Shown: positions 46,059-55,180 of the stretch, one piece after another | Position numbering within the stretch: position 1 is the first letter of the stretch | Layout of the letters: every line of letters starts with the position of its first letter | NCBI GenBank assembly: GCA_041663045.1 | Contig: JBAZRH010000002.1 | Location: forward strand, 193,946 to 257,945 | Source: Minisyncoccota bacterium | GTDB taxonomy: Bacteria; Patescibacteriota; Minisyncoccia; Phycocordibacterales; GWA1-40-21 | Length of the DNA stretch: 64,000 nucleotides | Reading direction: 5' to 3' | The notes under the pieces: model-generated | What the model saw: the letters and a program-made list of their open reading frames with translations, nothing else | What the model was told of the DNA's origin: nothing | Database searches by the model: none | Made by a program: the position numbers and the translations under genes

Positions 46059-46991
46059 ATGGCTCCGATGTCAACAAAAACATTGGCTCCGTCAGTAGTG
46101 ACCGATCGGGATCCGAAGGGTATGAAGTTCATGGCGATCTGTGCTGCGGCCTACAACAGGGCGGGCCTTAGCCAAGAAGAAGCCCAGCGTGTAAATGAAA
46201 CACCCGGTCTATCAGGCTTGGTGGATCGCTATATCGCGGAGAATCGTGTCCCGAACGAGTTCAAGGGAGAAGAAGTGCCGTCGAAATACGGCTACCTCTC
46301 GGGTTACAAGAAGCCAGACGAAGTGTATATTCAGTGCAAGTTACTTCATGTGTTTTTCCCAGATCTGGGTTCAGCTCCGGCTGGAACAGAAGACTCGCGA
46401 ATCGTCCATCAGTTTGGTCTCGGCAATATTGCCGGTATACCTCTCGCTGAAGGATGGTTTGCCATTCCGAATTGGATGAAGAATCCGCAAATCTTTGGCA
46501 AAACCTATGCCGAAGCCGTGCAGAAGGTGCTCGACATGATCAAGGAAGCTCGCGGGCGGTTGTACAACTACCGCGAAGGTTCGATCGATGAAGCGCATCT
46601 GCGCCAGTCGGCTCGATCCCTCGAGGCATGGAAGAATATCGCCGAAGAGCAAGGCAATCCGGATATTCTGATTGTCGCCGGCCAGTTTGGTCTGCGTCAT
46701 CGGGGACGTTCGGTTCGTCGGGCGCTCGCAGTCATGCCGAAGCAAGGCGAGTTCGGTTTTGGAGCCTTCGCTGTCGGTTGCATGTTTTTGGTGCATCCGA
46801 ATCGCCTGCAGAATTACGACGATCTCTGGATCGATTGCAGTGGCGACGAGTGGAGTCCGGATGGCGATGGTAAGTTCTCGCTCGCGCCCTACTTCGGCTT
46901 CCGCGACGACGGGGTGGAGTTCGACGCGTGTGGTGTCAGCAATGCGGGCGGCTACTGCGGTTCCGCCTCTGGGTTCTTCCCGCAAAGCTGA
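46059..46991 (+). CDS. hypothetical protein of strongly foreign (high) G+C
   Basis: Start at MAPMSTK (AAAGAAAGGA upstream); the track's extra 38 N-terminal residues cover a non-coding inverted repeat. The opposite-strand ORF 46371..46985 is a GC-bias artefact. Confidence 0.5.
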   Translation: MAPMSTKTLAPSVVTDRDPKGMKFMAICAAAYNRAGLSQEEAQRVNETPGLSGLVDRYIAENRVPNEFKGEEVPSKYGYLSGYKKPDEVYIQCKLLHVFFPDLGSAPAGTEDSRIVHQFGLGNIAGIPLAEGWFAIPNWMKNPQIFGKTYAEAVQKVLDMIKEARGRLYNYREGSIDEAHLRQSARSLEAWKNIAEEQGNPDILIVAGQFGLRHRGRSVRRALAVMPKQGEFGFGAFAVGCMFLVHPNRLQNYDDLWIDCSGDEWSPDGDGKFSLAPYFGFRDDGVEFDACGVSNAGGYCGSASGFFPQS

Positions 46992-47071
46992 AACTTGTCT
47001 CTTGAATTCCTTTCGCTGTAAGGTGAAAGAAAGCTACGAGGGCTATTTACATTTCCAGTGTAGGTAGCCTT

Positions 47072-47473
47072 TTATTTTATATTTATCAAGGCTTCTATAA
47101 TTTTCTCTTTATTCCCCTTAAAATCCTTTTTATCCCCCCTTGTCGTCTTTGGATCAGGAATCACCCAGATGTGCGCGTGGGGGACTTCTTCACCGACGAT
47201 TTGGCAACGGACCATATCAATATTGAAAACTTTTTTCTGTGCCAGAGCGATTTTCCTCACAACTTCAAAATATTCTCCGATATTTGGGGACACTTGTCTG
47301 CCTGCGGGCAGATCCCAAACCCATCTATAATGCTCCTTCGGTATTACAAGGGCGTGGCCAGGAGAAAGCGGTCTTATATCCATAAAAGCCAGAAAGCCGG
47401 CATCTTCATAGACTTTTTCCGCCGGTATTTCTCCAGCCACTATTTTACAAAAAATGCAATTTGGGTCTTTCAT
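47072..47473 (-). CDS. HIT-family (histidine triad) nucleotide hydrolase
   Basis: CIFCKI N-terminus and HxHxH motif (HAHIW). Confidence 0.8.
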   Translation of the reverse strand: MKDPNCIFCKIVAGEIPAEKVYEDAGFLAFMDIRPLSPGHALVIPKEHYRWVWDLPAGRQVSPNIGEYFEVVRKIALAQKKVFNIDMVRCQIVGEEVPHAHIWVIPDPKTTRGDKKDFKGNKEKIIEALINIK

Positions 47474-47477
47474 TTCA

Positions 47478-47912
47478 TTAGTATTTTAATATTTCCTTAG
47501 CTTCCTCTCTCATAAACTCTTCTATTAGTATAGGCTTATGTTCTGATTTTTCAATAATATCCTTTGCTGGGATTATAATCATTTGTTTCCACTTTTCGTT
47601 TCTATCATCTTGGCTTGCTGCGTAAACCACACCTCTCATCCTAGCCCAGCAAATTGCCGACATACACATCGGGCAAGGTTCATAAGTAGAATATATCCAA
47701 CAATCACTAAGCCTATTAGTACCCAGTTTTTTACAAGCCTTTCTTATCGCTACAATTTCAGAATGTCCTGTTGCATCATGTGAATCAGAGTATATTGTTC
47801 CACCTGTCTTTATAATTATCTTTTCTCCCTCGGTAATTATTACTCCGACAGTAGAATTTTTTAGGCCGAAATCTATCGCCTCTTGCATTATTTTTTTATC
47901 TGGATGATTCAT
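47478..47912 (-). CDS. tadA: tRNA-specific adenosine deaminase
   Basis: HAEIVAIRKAC...PCPMCMSAI zinc-binding deaminase motifs. Confidence 0.8.
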   Translation of the reverse strand: MNHPDKKIMQEAIDFGLKNSTVGVIITEGEKIIIKTGGTIYSDSHDATGHSEIVAIRKACKKLGTNRLSDCWIYSTYEPCPMCMSAICWARMRGVVYAASQDDRNEKWKQMIIIPAKDIIEKSEHKPILIEEFMREEAKEILKY

Positions 47913-47974
47913 ACCGAAAATTATAACATTTTTCTGTTATTCCCGTGTAGGCGGGAATCAAGTATAATGAAACT

Positions 47975-49714
47975 ATGAAGAATTCTTCGGTAAGAGAGGA
48001 AATAGAGGAGAAATATAGTAAAAATCTGGCGGAATATCCGGAGCTTTTGCGCAAGTTGCTTTTTTATAGAGGTATAAAGACGGCCGAGGAAGCTAGGGAA
48101 TTTTTGAACCCCGACTTTTCTGGGAATCATAATCCATTTTTGATGAAAGATATGGACAAAGCAGTGGAGAGAGTTTTTTCCGCCATCGAGAAAAAAGAAA
48201 AAATAGTGATTTATAGCGATTATGATGCAGACGGTATCCCTGGAGCAGTGGTTTTACACGATTTATTCAAAAAAATATCGGATAATCTCTCCGCCCAAGG
48301 CGGACCAACTTTCAGTTGGAAAAGTTATATTCCTCACAGAGTGCTTGAAGGTTTTGGTTTAAATGATGAAGCTGTGGACCAATTTGCGAAAGAAAAAGTT
48401 GATTTGATAATTACAATAGATTGCGGTATTGCTGATATTGAAGAAGCGAAGAAAATAAAAAAGCTTGGAATAGGTTTGATAATTACAGATCATCATTTGC
48501 CGAAGGAAGAGCTTCCTGAAGCGGTGGCAGTGCTTGACCCGAAGCGTGCAGATTGTAAATATCCAGACAAAAATATTTGCGGGGCAGGCGTTATTTTTAA
48601 ATTTGTGCAGGCATTTTTGCAAAAATACGGTGAGAGATATGGTGTTAAGCTCGGCTGGGAGAAATGGCTTCTCGATATGGTGGGTATTGCGACAGTTTCA
48701 GATATGGTGCCACTTGTGGGAGAAAATCGTCTTTTTGCATATTATGGTTTGAAAGTTTTGAGAAAATCGCCGAGGCCGGGAATTCAAAAACTTCTCTCTA
48801 TTTTGAAAATCGATCAGAAAAATATCACCGAGGACGATATCGGCTTTATGATTTCTCCTCGTATCAATGCCGCATCAAGGATGGGTGAGCCAGAAGATGC
48901 TTTTATCTTACTTTCAACAAAAGATGAAGTGGAAGCAGACAAGATGGCACGGCATTTGGATAAGATAAATAGCGAGAGGAAGGGAATCGTGGCGCAAATG
49001 GTAAAAGAAATCAGGAAACATTGGAATGAAAAAGATCCGGAGAAGAAACGCCGTGTGCTTGTCGCCGGAAATCCGGATTGGAAGCCGTCGCTCCTCGGGC
49101 TTGTGGCGAATTCGCTTTTAGACGATCATAACGGGCCAGTTTTTCTTTGGGGTAGGGAGGAGGGTAGGACTTTGAAGGGCTCTTGCAGGTCGGACGGATG
49201 CGTGGATATAGTAGAGATGATGAAAGATACCGCGCACCTTTTTGATGAATACGGCGGGCATTCGGCGTCGGGCGGATTTTCTGTCGCATTTGAGAAAATA
49301 GATTTGCTTGCGGACGGTCTCGAGCTTGCTTATGAAAAACTAAGTATAAAAAGTGATTCTCTAAAAGAAATAATCGCCGATCTCGTGCTTGATATTGATA
49401 ATGTCAATTATGATTTGGAAAAAGAATTAGCGAGACTCGCACCTTTTGGTATGAATAATACAAAACCGATTTTTGCATTTCAAAAAGTGGAAATATTTGG
49501 TGTAAGAATTTTCGGGAAAAATAATGAGCATTTGGAATTACTTTTTAAAAATAAAAAAGGTGGCAAGGTATCGGCGATTGGCTTTTTTACAAAGCCAGAA
49601 GACTTTGGCACCAAAATAGCTGTCGGTGAAAAAGTAGATTTACTCGCAAATATAGAAAAAAGCACTTTCCGTGGTAGGGCAGAGATACGGCTTAGGATTG
49701 TAGATATTTTCTAA
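47975..49714 (+). CDS. recJ: single-stranded-DNA-specific exonuclease RecJ
   Basis: DHH motifs (IYSDYDADGI, ITDHH) and a DHHA1 region. Confidence 0.85.
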   Translation: MKNSSVREEIEEKYSKNLAEYPELLRKLLFYRGIKTAEEAREFLNPDFSGNHNPFLMKDMDKAVERVFSAIEKKEKIVIYSDYDADGIPGAVVLHDLFKKISDNLSAQGGPTFSWKSYIPHRVLEGFGLNDEAVDQFAKEKVDLIITIDCGIADIEEAKKIKKLGIGLIITDHHLPKEELPEAVAVLDPKRADCKYPDKNICGAGVIFKFVQAFLQKYGERYGVKLGWEKWLLDMVGIATVSDMVPLVGENRLFAYYGLKVLRKSPRPGIQKLLSILKIDQKNITEDDIGFMISPRINAASRMGEPEDAFILLSTKDEVEADKMARHLDKINSERKGIVAQMVKEIRKHWNEKDPEKKRRVLVAGNPDWKPSLLGLVANSLLDDHNGPVFLWGREEGRTLKGSCRSDGCVDIVEMMKDTAHLFDEYGGHSASGGFSVAFEKIDLLADGLELAYEKLSIKSDSLKEIIADLVLDIDNVNYDLEKELARLAPFGMNNTKPIFAFQKVEIFGVRIFGKNNEHLELLFKNKKGGKVSAIGFFTKPEDFGTKIAVGEKVDLLANIEKSTFRGRAEIRLRIVDIF

Positions 49715-49833
49715 TTTACGGCTAATATACTAAGTTCATTTCACTATTGACTTTTATACGCAAGTCTGCTATCCTTTTAGGACACAAAATACAACATAGT
49801 GTTGCGTTTTAAATTTAGGGAAGGCGGTGTTCT

Positions 49834-50382
49834 TTGAAAGAAATCATTGGGATAGCTGGAGGTATCATCTCTGGTGCAAATCTTGTCTTTTTTGCTTGGC
49901 AGATCTTGGTCAAGAAAGTGGAAGCGCCAAGCATAGCAAGTTGGGTTCTCTGGACCGTGCTTGATGTGATGTTGCTCATCACGACCGTTATCTCTGGTAA
50001 GCCTATGTGGTTACCGTTGAGTTACACGATTGGGGCGACTGCAGTCACCGCATTATGTCTCGTGCGTGGCAAATGGTCATGGTCTTACAAGGAGACTGTG
50101 TGTGCTGTGGCTACGGTTATCGCGGCATATTTCTGGCAAACTCAGGGTGCATCTGTTGGGGTACTTGCTGGAGTTGTCGCCATGACGGTTGCTGGCACAC
50201 CTCTCTACATAGATATGATCCGAGAACCAATTCGTGGTACATTCTATGTCTGGGCTGTAACGGCTCTGGCGTGTGTGCTGACGTTGTTGGCCTCTGATTG
50301 GAGTTTCATTGGTACGATACTTGCATGGGGTGGCCTGGTATTTAATGGCTCACTAGCGCTTATAGTGTTACGAGGAAAATGA
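49834..50382 (+). CDS. hypothetical 6-TM membrane protein of foreign (higher) G+C
   Basis: 182 aa, TTG start; composition contrasts with neighbouring genes. Confidence 0.45.
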   Translation: MKEIIGIAGGIISGANLVFFAWQILVKKVEAPSIASWVLWTVLDVMLLITTVISGKPMWLPLSYTIGATAVTALCLVRGKWSWSYKETVCAVATVIAAYFWQTQGASVGVLAGVVAMTVAGTPLYIDMIREPIRGTFYVWAVTALACVLTLLASDWSFIGTILAWGGLVFNGSLALIVLRGK

Positions 50383-50476
50383 GATCAAATAGCGACAAAT
50401 CCTATGGAGGGTTTGTCGCTATTATTTTTATTCTGCTTGCGAATTTTGAAAAATTAAGTTAGATTATTGAAGTCAG

Positions 50477-50563
50477 GGAAGAGTGGCTGAGTGGTTTAAA
50501 GCACCGGTCTTGAAAACCGGAGGGCTCGCAAGGGTCCCGTGAGTTCGAATCTCACCTCTTCCG
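50477..50563 (+). tRNA. tRNA-Ser (anticodon UGA), long variable arm
   Basis: Acceptor GGAAGAG/CTCTTCC, anticodon stem CCGGT/ACCGG with loop CTTGAAA, variable arm GGGCTCGCAAGGGTCCC, T-arm GTGAGTTCGAATCTCAC. Confidence 0.85.
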
Positions 50564-50584
50564 CATTAACAAAAAATGCCGATA

Positions 50585-50777
50585 ATAAATATCGGTATTT
50601 TTTGTTAACTATGCGAAAGCTTGCCGAGATTCGAACGGCGGAGCACACGGAGCGAAGCGGAGTCTGTCGCGAGCACGCGACAGGCACGAGCCGGTGCCCA
50701 ACCCGAATCCGAGCGACGGCGAGGATGAGAGGTGCGGGCGAATCTCACCTCTTCCGCATTAACAAAAAATGCCGATA
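50585..50777 (+). repeat. GC-rich tRNA-trailing element ending in an exact 38-nt copy of the tRNA-Ser 3' end plus terminator
   Basis: Direct repeat GAATCTCACCTCTTCCGCATTAACAAAAAATGCCGATA at 50547..50584 and 50740..50777. Interior contains antisense GAGATTCGAAC, hairpins CTGTCGCG-AGCA-CGCGACAG and GGCAC-GAGCCG-GTGCC, and ATCC-GAGCGACGGCGAG-GGAT. Confidence 0.65.
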
Positions 50778-50802
50778 TTTATTATCGGTGTTTTTTGTTT
50801 TG

Positions 50803-51036
50803 TTAAATATTCTGAGTTTGTTTTTTCTCTTTTATATAAAGATATGCGAGATATACTATCTCTGCGATACCTATTGTGTTTAGAAAAGCCAAAATGATAA
50901 AAATCACGAGATGATCATTTTTGGATGCCTTCCACAAAGCGATAAGTTTCCAAATGATGGACCAAATTATTATTAAGACTATCCACGGGTGCGCTGTAAA
51001 ATATGCCGACAGCGCTGCGTTTAATTGTGTATCCAT
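50803..51036 (-). CDS. small hypothetical membrane protein
   Basis: 77 aa, two TM helices. Confidence 0.4.
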   Translation of the reverse strand: MDTQLNAALSAYFTAHPWIVLIIIWSIIWKLIALWKASKNDHLVIFIILAFLNTIGIAEIVYLAYLYIKEKKQTQNI

Positions 51037-51083
51037 AATGTAGAATTATATCACTTTTTTAAAAAATAGTGTAGAATGATTTC

Positions 51084-51836
51084 ATGAAATATTTAGGAAT
51101 TGATTATGGAGAGAAAAGGGTAGGGATAGCCATATCTGACAATGATGGAAAGGTAGCCTTTCCCAAGATTGTCTTTGAGAATAACACTGACCTTTTTAAA
51201 AGAATATCTGAATTTTGTATAGAAAACAAAGTGGAGGCTATCGTCGTGGGAGAATCGAAAAATTACAAAGGTGAAGAAAACAAAATAAATCCCAAGATAA
51301 TTTCTTTCAAGAGAGAACTATCTGGTCTTATTAAACTACCAATTTCACTTGAACCAGAATTTATGTCTTCGATGCAGGTAGAGAAAACTTTTGGTAAGAC
51401 AGAAATGCTCGATGCTTCTGCCGCTTCGATAATTTTGCAGACATTCTTAGATAAAGAAAAAAATAGACAGGAGAAAAAAAAGCAAGCCGAGGCGACAATT
51501 GCCGACAAAAAAATAACTTATGACGATTTCAAAAAAGTCGAGATGAAAATAGGGAAAATACTTTCTGTCGAGCCGGTTGCCGGTTCTGATAAGCTTTTGA
51601 AACTCTCTGTCGATTTCGCAGAAGGCACACCAAGGCAGATTCTTTCTGGGATCGCCAAGTATTTTTCTGATTATCAGACACTTGTCGGAAAGAAAGTCGC
51701 TTTCGTCACCAACCTTGAGTCTAGGGAAATGATGGGACTTCAGAGTAACGGTATGATTCTTGCTGCACATACTGGTGATAGTCTCGCTATCATGGAAGTT
51801 CCGGATTTTATAAAAGAGGGGACAGAACTAAGTTAA
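51084..51836 (+). CDS. ruvX: fusion of RuvX/YqgF-like pre-16S rRNA nuclease with a C-terminal tRNA-binding (Myf/Trbp111/CsaA-like) domain
   Basis: N-terminal MKYLGIDYGEKRVGIAISD; C-terminal KVEMKIGKILSVEPVAGSDKLLKLSVDFAEG...ILSGIAK...GMILAA. Confidence 0.7.
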   Translation: MKYLGIDYGEKRVGIAISDNDGKVAFPKIVFENNTDLFKRISEFCIENKVEAIVVGESKNYKGEENKINPKIISFKRELSGLIKLPISLEPEFMSSMQVEKTFGKTEMLDASAASIILQTFLDKEKNRQEKKKQAEATIADKKITYDDFKKVEMKIGKILSVEPVAGSDKLLKLSVDFAEGTPRQILSGIAKYFSDYQTLVGKKVAFVTNLESREMMGLQSNGMILAAHTGDSLAIMEVPDFIKEGTELS

Positions 51837-51837
51837 A

Positions 51838-52452
51838 ATGATACAAGACATTTTTAATATTATTGATCCAATCACGATAATAAAAGCTCTCGGACTCATT
51901 GGGGTTCTATCTATTGTATTTGCCGAGTCCGGGCTTTTTTTCGGTTTCTTTTTTCCTGGCGATTCTCTTCTCTTCACCGCTGGACTCTTTGCTTCGCAAG
52001 GTTTCCTAAACATTTATATACTTTTATTCGGATCTTTTCTTATGGCAATTCTCGGCGATAGTTTTGGATACTGGTTTGGTAAAAAAGTTGGTCCAAAAAT
52101 TTTTACAAAAGAAGATTCCATTTTCTTCCATAAGAAACACGTTGAAAGGGCACAAATATTTTATGCAAAATATGGCAATAAAACAATAATATTAGCCAGA
52201 TTTATGCCGATTATTCGTACCTTTGCACCAATATTGGCTGGTGTCGGCCTCATGAAATATAGGAATTTTATCACTTATAATATAGTGGGTGGATTTTTGT
52301 GGTCATTTCTTATGGTTTTGGGTGGTTTCATACTAGGAAATGTTGTACCGAACGTAGATAGATATATTTTACCGATAGTATCTTTGATAATAATTATTTC
52401 AATAATTCCAATTTTTGTTGAAGCGTACAAGTCGTCTAGAAAGCTAAAGTAG
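51838..52452 (+). CDS. DedA-family membrane protein
   Basis: ESGLFFGFFFPGDSLLFTAGLFA. Confidence 0.75.
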   Translation: MIQDIFNIIDPITIIKALGLIGVLSIVFAESGLFFGFFFPGDSLLFTAGLFASQGFLNIYILLFGSFLMAILGDSFGYWFGKKVGPKIFTKEDSIFFHKKHVERAQIFYAKYGNKTIILARFMPIIRTFAPILAGVGLMKYRNFITYNIVGGFLWSFLMVLGGFILGNVVPNVDRYILPIVSLIIIISIIPIFVEAYKSSRKLK

Positions 52453-52498
52453 TACATTTCCATTTTTTCTTAAAAAAGATATAATTATACAAGCTTTT

Positions 52499-53584
52499 AT
52501 GAAGTTTGATTTTTTAAAAAGAATTTGTTGCCCTCCGGAATACCTTGCAATGTCATCTGCTGGTATTGAGATTGGGAATAAATTTATAAGATTTGTAGAA
52601 TTTGGAAACGAAGGAGGTAGAACAATCCTTTCCAATTTTGGCGAGGTCTCTCTTGGGCAGGATACTGTTAAGGACGGACAGATTTTAAATAGGGACGCGT
52701 TAGTTCAGGCATTGAAAGTGGTTAAAGAAAAGATTTCTAGCGATTTTGTTAGGGTCTCTATACCGGAAGAGGGGACTTATATCTTTAATACAGTGATACC
52801 TAGGCTTAATAAAAACGAGATAAGGTCAGCACTAGAATTTAAGCTTGAAGAAAATGTTCCGTTGAAAGTAGATGAGGCTGTCTTTGAGTATGAAATCGTA
52901 AATGGTAAAGAAGACGGTAATGATGATATGTTTTTGGGTGTTTCTGTGATTTCAAGACAGATGATAAACAACTATCTTGAGGTATTCGAGCTAGCCGATT
53001 TAAAGATAGTGTCTTTTGAACTTGAGTCGAAAATGGCTGCAAAAGCAATCGTTCCAAGTAATTATAATGTCACAGTATTAGTGGTTGATATTAAACGAGA
53101 TTCTACTATTTTATCTGTTGTTATTGGTGGAAGAGTTCGCTTCTCATCTGTTGTCTCTGTGGGTGAGTCCAGTATGATTAGCTGTCTAAAGAGAATAAAT
53201 AAAGATAATTCAGTTTCAGATAAAATACCACTTTCGTTTCTAGATTTAAATGATAATCTTGGCGTTGAAGCATTTGATTCTCTTTTAAATATATACTCTA
53301 TACTTAAGGATGAAATAGAGAAATTCAATACATACTGGTTAACTCAAACAGCAAATACAGAGACCTCTAGGTCTGATAAACCTCGTAAAATAGTTTTCTG
53401 CGGCAGAAGCGCTGCCTTGCCAGGATTTCTAAATCATATTAGTCAAAGTCTTGGAATAGAGACTATTCTAGCTAATGTCTGGGTAAATGCTATAGACACA
53501 GATAAATTTCTGCCAACACTCGGATTTGTCGATTCACTAGATTATGCTACTGCAATAGGTCTCGCCATGCCTTGTAAAGAATAA
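52499..53584 (+). CDS. pilM: type IV pilus assembly ATPase-like protein PilM (probable start at 52547)
   Basis: Actin-like fold N-terminus GIEIGNKFIRFVEF; followed by two single-TM genes in a pilMNO-like arrangement. Confidence 0.5.
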   Translation: MKFDFLKRICCPPEYLAMSSAGIEIGNKFIRFVEFGNEGGRTILSNFGEVSLGQDTVKDGQILNRDALVQALKVVKEKISSDFVRVSIPEEGTYIFNTVIPRLNKNEIRSALEFKLEENVPLKVDEAVFEYEIVNGKEDGNDDMFLGVSVISRQMINNYLEVFELADLKIVSFELESKMAAKAIVPSNYNVTVLVVDIKRDSTILSVVIGGRVRFSSVVSVGESSMISCLKRINKDNSVSDKIPLSFLDLNDNLGVEAFDSLLNIYSILKDEIEKFNTYWLTQTANTETSRSDKPRKIVFCGRSAALPGFLNHISQSLGIETILANVWVNAIDTDKFLPTLGFVDSLDYATAIGLAMPCKE

Positions 53585-53587
53585 TTT

Positions 53588-54127
53588 ATGACAAAATTTT
53601 TACCAGGACAATTAAAGGATGAAGTTAAGAAAGAATATCTATCTAGATTATTTATAGTCTTTTTGTTTTTGCTTCTAGTCGTAATGATTATTTCAATTTG
53701 TTTCTTATTACCATCAAGCTTTCTATCTAAGGTCAGAGGCTCGGTTGTAGATCAACAGCTTTCTAGTATAAAGACTGTAACCATTAAAGGAGACTCTTCT
53801 TTTGCAGAGGATATTAAAAAGATTAATGAGACGATCAGCGCCTTATCTCTTAGTATAGATAATAAAGACCAGCTCAATTCTTTATTGAAGAAAATGCTTG
53901 CTGTTAAGAATGGTGATATAAGAATCTCCGCAATATCTCTTTCGATTGATCCAAATAGGATGAAGGTACTCTCTGTTAGGGGTATTTCTGCTGCGAGGGA
54001 TAGTTTGATAATGTTTGTAAAGGACATTAAAAGCCTTGGGATTTTTAATTCTGTAGATTTTCCTGTTTCTAATCTTATAAAAAATTCCAATGTTGATTTT
54101 ACAATCGGTTTAATATTAAATAAATAA
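53588..54127 (+). CDS. pilN: PilN-like pilus assembly protein (single N-terminal TM)
   Basis: 179 aa, TM at ~20-45, operon position. Confidence 0.4.
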   Translation: MTKFLPGQLKDEVKKEYLSRLFIVFLFLLLVVMIISICFLLPSSFLSKVRGSVVDQQLSSIKTVTIKGDSSFAEDIKKINETISALSLSIDNKDQLNSLLKKMLAVKNGDIRISAISLSIDPNRMKVLSVRGISAARDSLIMFVKDIKSLGIFNSVDFPVSNLIKNSNVDFTIGLILNK

Positions 54128-54128
54128 G

Positions 54129-54689
54129 ATGATATTATCAGAGACGAAGAATAAACTCATAATGATTTTAATAGCCGATATTATTGCTGTCTCTATTTTT
54201 GTATTTATTTTATGGGATATTAATTCCATTAATAATAAGTTTACTCTAAAGGCATTTGAGATAAAATCTGAAGCTGATAAACAAGATACTTTTTTCTCTA
54301 CTAAAAGAGATTGGGGAGAGAATAATGTAAAAATTAACAATCTTGATAGTTACGTGATGTCTTCAGATGGTGTAGCGAACTTTATAGAAAGACTTGGGAG
54401 TTTGACACTGAATAATGGTCTAAAGTCAGAAGTAAAATCAATTTCATTCGGCACAGTTTCTGGTAGAAACTATCGAAATATCGAATTGGTTGATATAAAG
54501 ATAGACGTGATAGGAGAGTGGAGAAATGTGGAATATTTTCTAGAGATCTTAGAGAACTATCCATTAGCAATCGATATAAAGAGTTTTAATATGAGTAAGT
54601 TCTCAGATTATGAGAAAAATAATAAAAAAATATCTCAATGGCTCGGAAGCTTTGAATTTACGGTAGTTAAGCTTAAAGAGAAAAAATAG
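54129..54689 (+). CDS. pilO: PilO-like pilus assembly protein (single N-terminal TM)
   Basis: 186 aa, TM at ~10-30, operon position. Confidence 0.4.
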   Translation: MILSETKNKLIMILIADIIAVSIFVFILWDINSINNKFTLKAFEIKSEADKQDTFFSTKRDWGENNVKINNLDSYVMSSDGVANFIERLGSLTLNNGLKSEVKSISFGTVSGRNYRNIELVDIKIDVIGEWRNVEYFLEILENYPLAIDIKSFNMSKFSDYEKNNKKISQWLGSFEFTVVKLKEKK

Positions 54690-54690
54690 T

Positions 54691-55011
54691 ATGAAAGATT
54701 TTAAAGAAAAGATAAAAAGTCTTTGGAGGGAAGAGAAAACATTTACTTCCCTTGATATTTTTAGACCACACAGAGATTGGAAGACGCTTATTGTCCTGTC
54801 TTTCCTTGTTCTTATAGCTTTATTAACTTTTGACTATTTGGTTTACAGAGATATAAATAATGAGAAGATGTTTGTAGAGGGGAACAATTTGTCAGGAAGC
54901 ATAGAAAGATTAAAAACAGAAGATATGGATAAAGTAAATATTTATTTTAATGGTAAAAAAGAAGCGATTTCTAGTTTAGAGAAAAAACCTCTTCTTGACC
55001 CGTCACTGTAA
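54691..55011 (+). CDS. hypothetical single-TM protein (pilus operon)
   Basis: 106 aa, TM at ~30-50. Confidence 0.35.
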   Translation: MKDFKEKIKSLWREEKTFTSLDIFRPHRDWKTLIVLSFLVLIALLTFDYLVYRDINNEKMFVEGNNLSGSIERLKTEDMDKVNIYFNGKKEAISSLEKKPLLDPSL

Positions 55012-55108
55012 AAATGTTAAATTGCCTATTGTCTGGTATTGATTTGCCCTAAAATATCTTTATTACAAAAATATTCGGGCGAACATCTTATCAGAATTAA
55101 ATGTTTCA

Positions 55109-55180
55109 GCCGCCATAGTTCAATGGATAGAACAGAGCTCTTCTAAGGCTTTGATGTAGGTTCGATTCCTACTGGCGGCA
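55109..55180 (+). tRNA. tRNA-Arg (anticodon UCU)
   Basis: Acceptor GCCGCCA/TGGCGGC, D-arm GTTCAATGGATAGAAC, anticodon loop CTTCTAA, T-arm GTAGGTTCGATTCCTAC. Confidence 0.8.
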
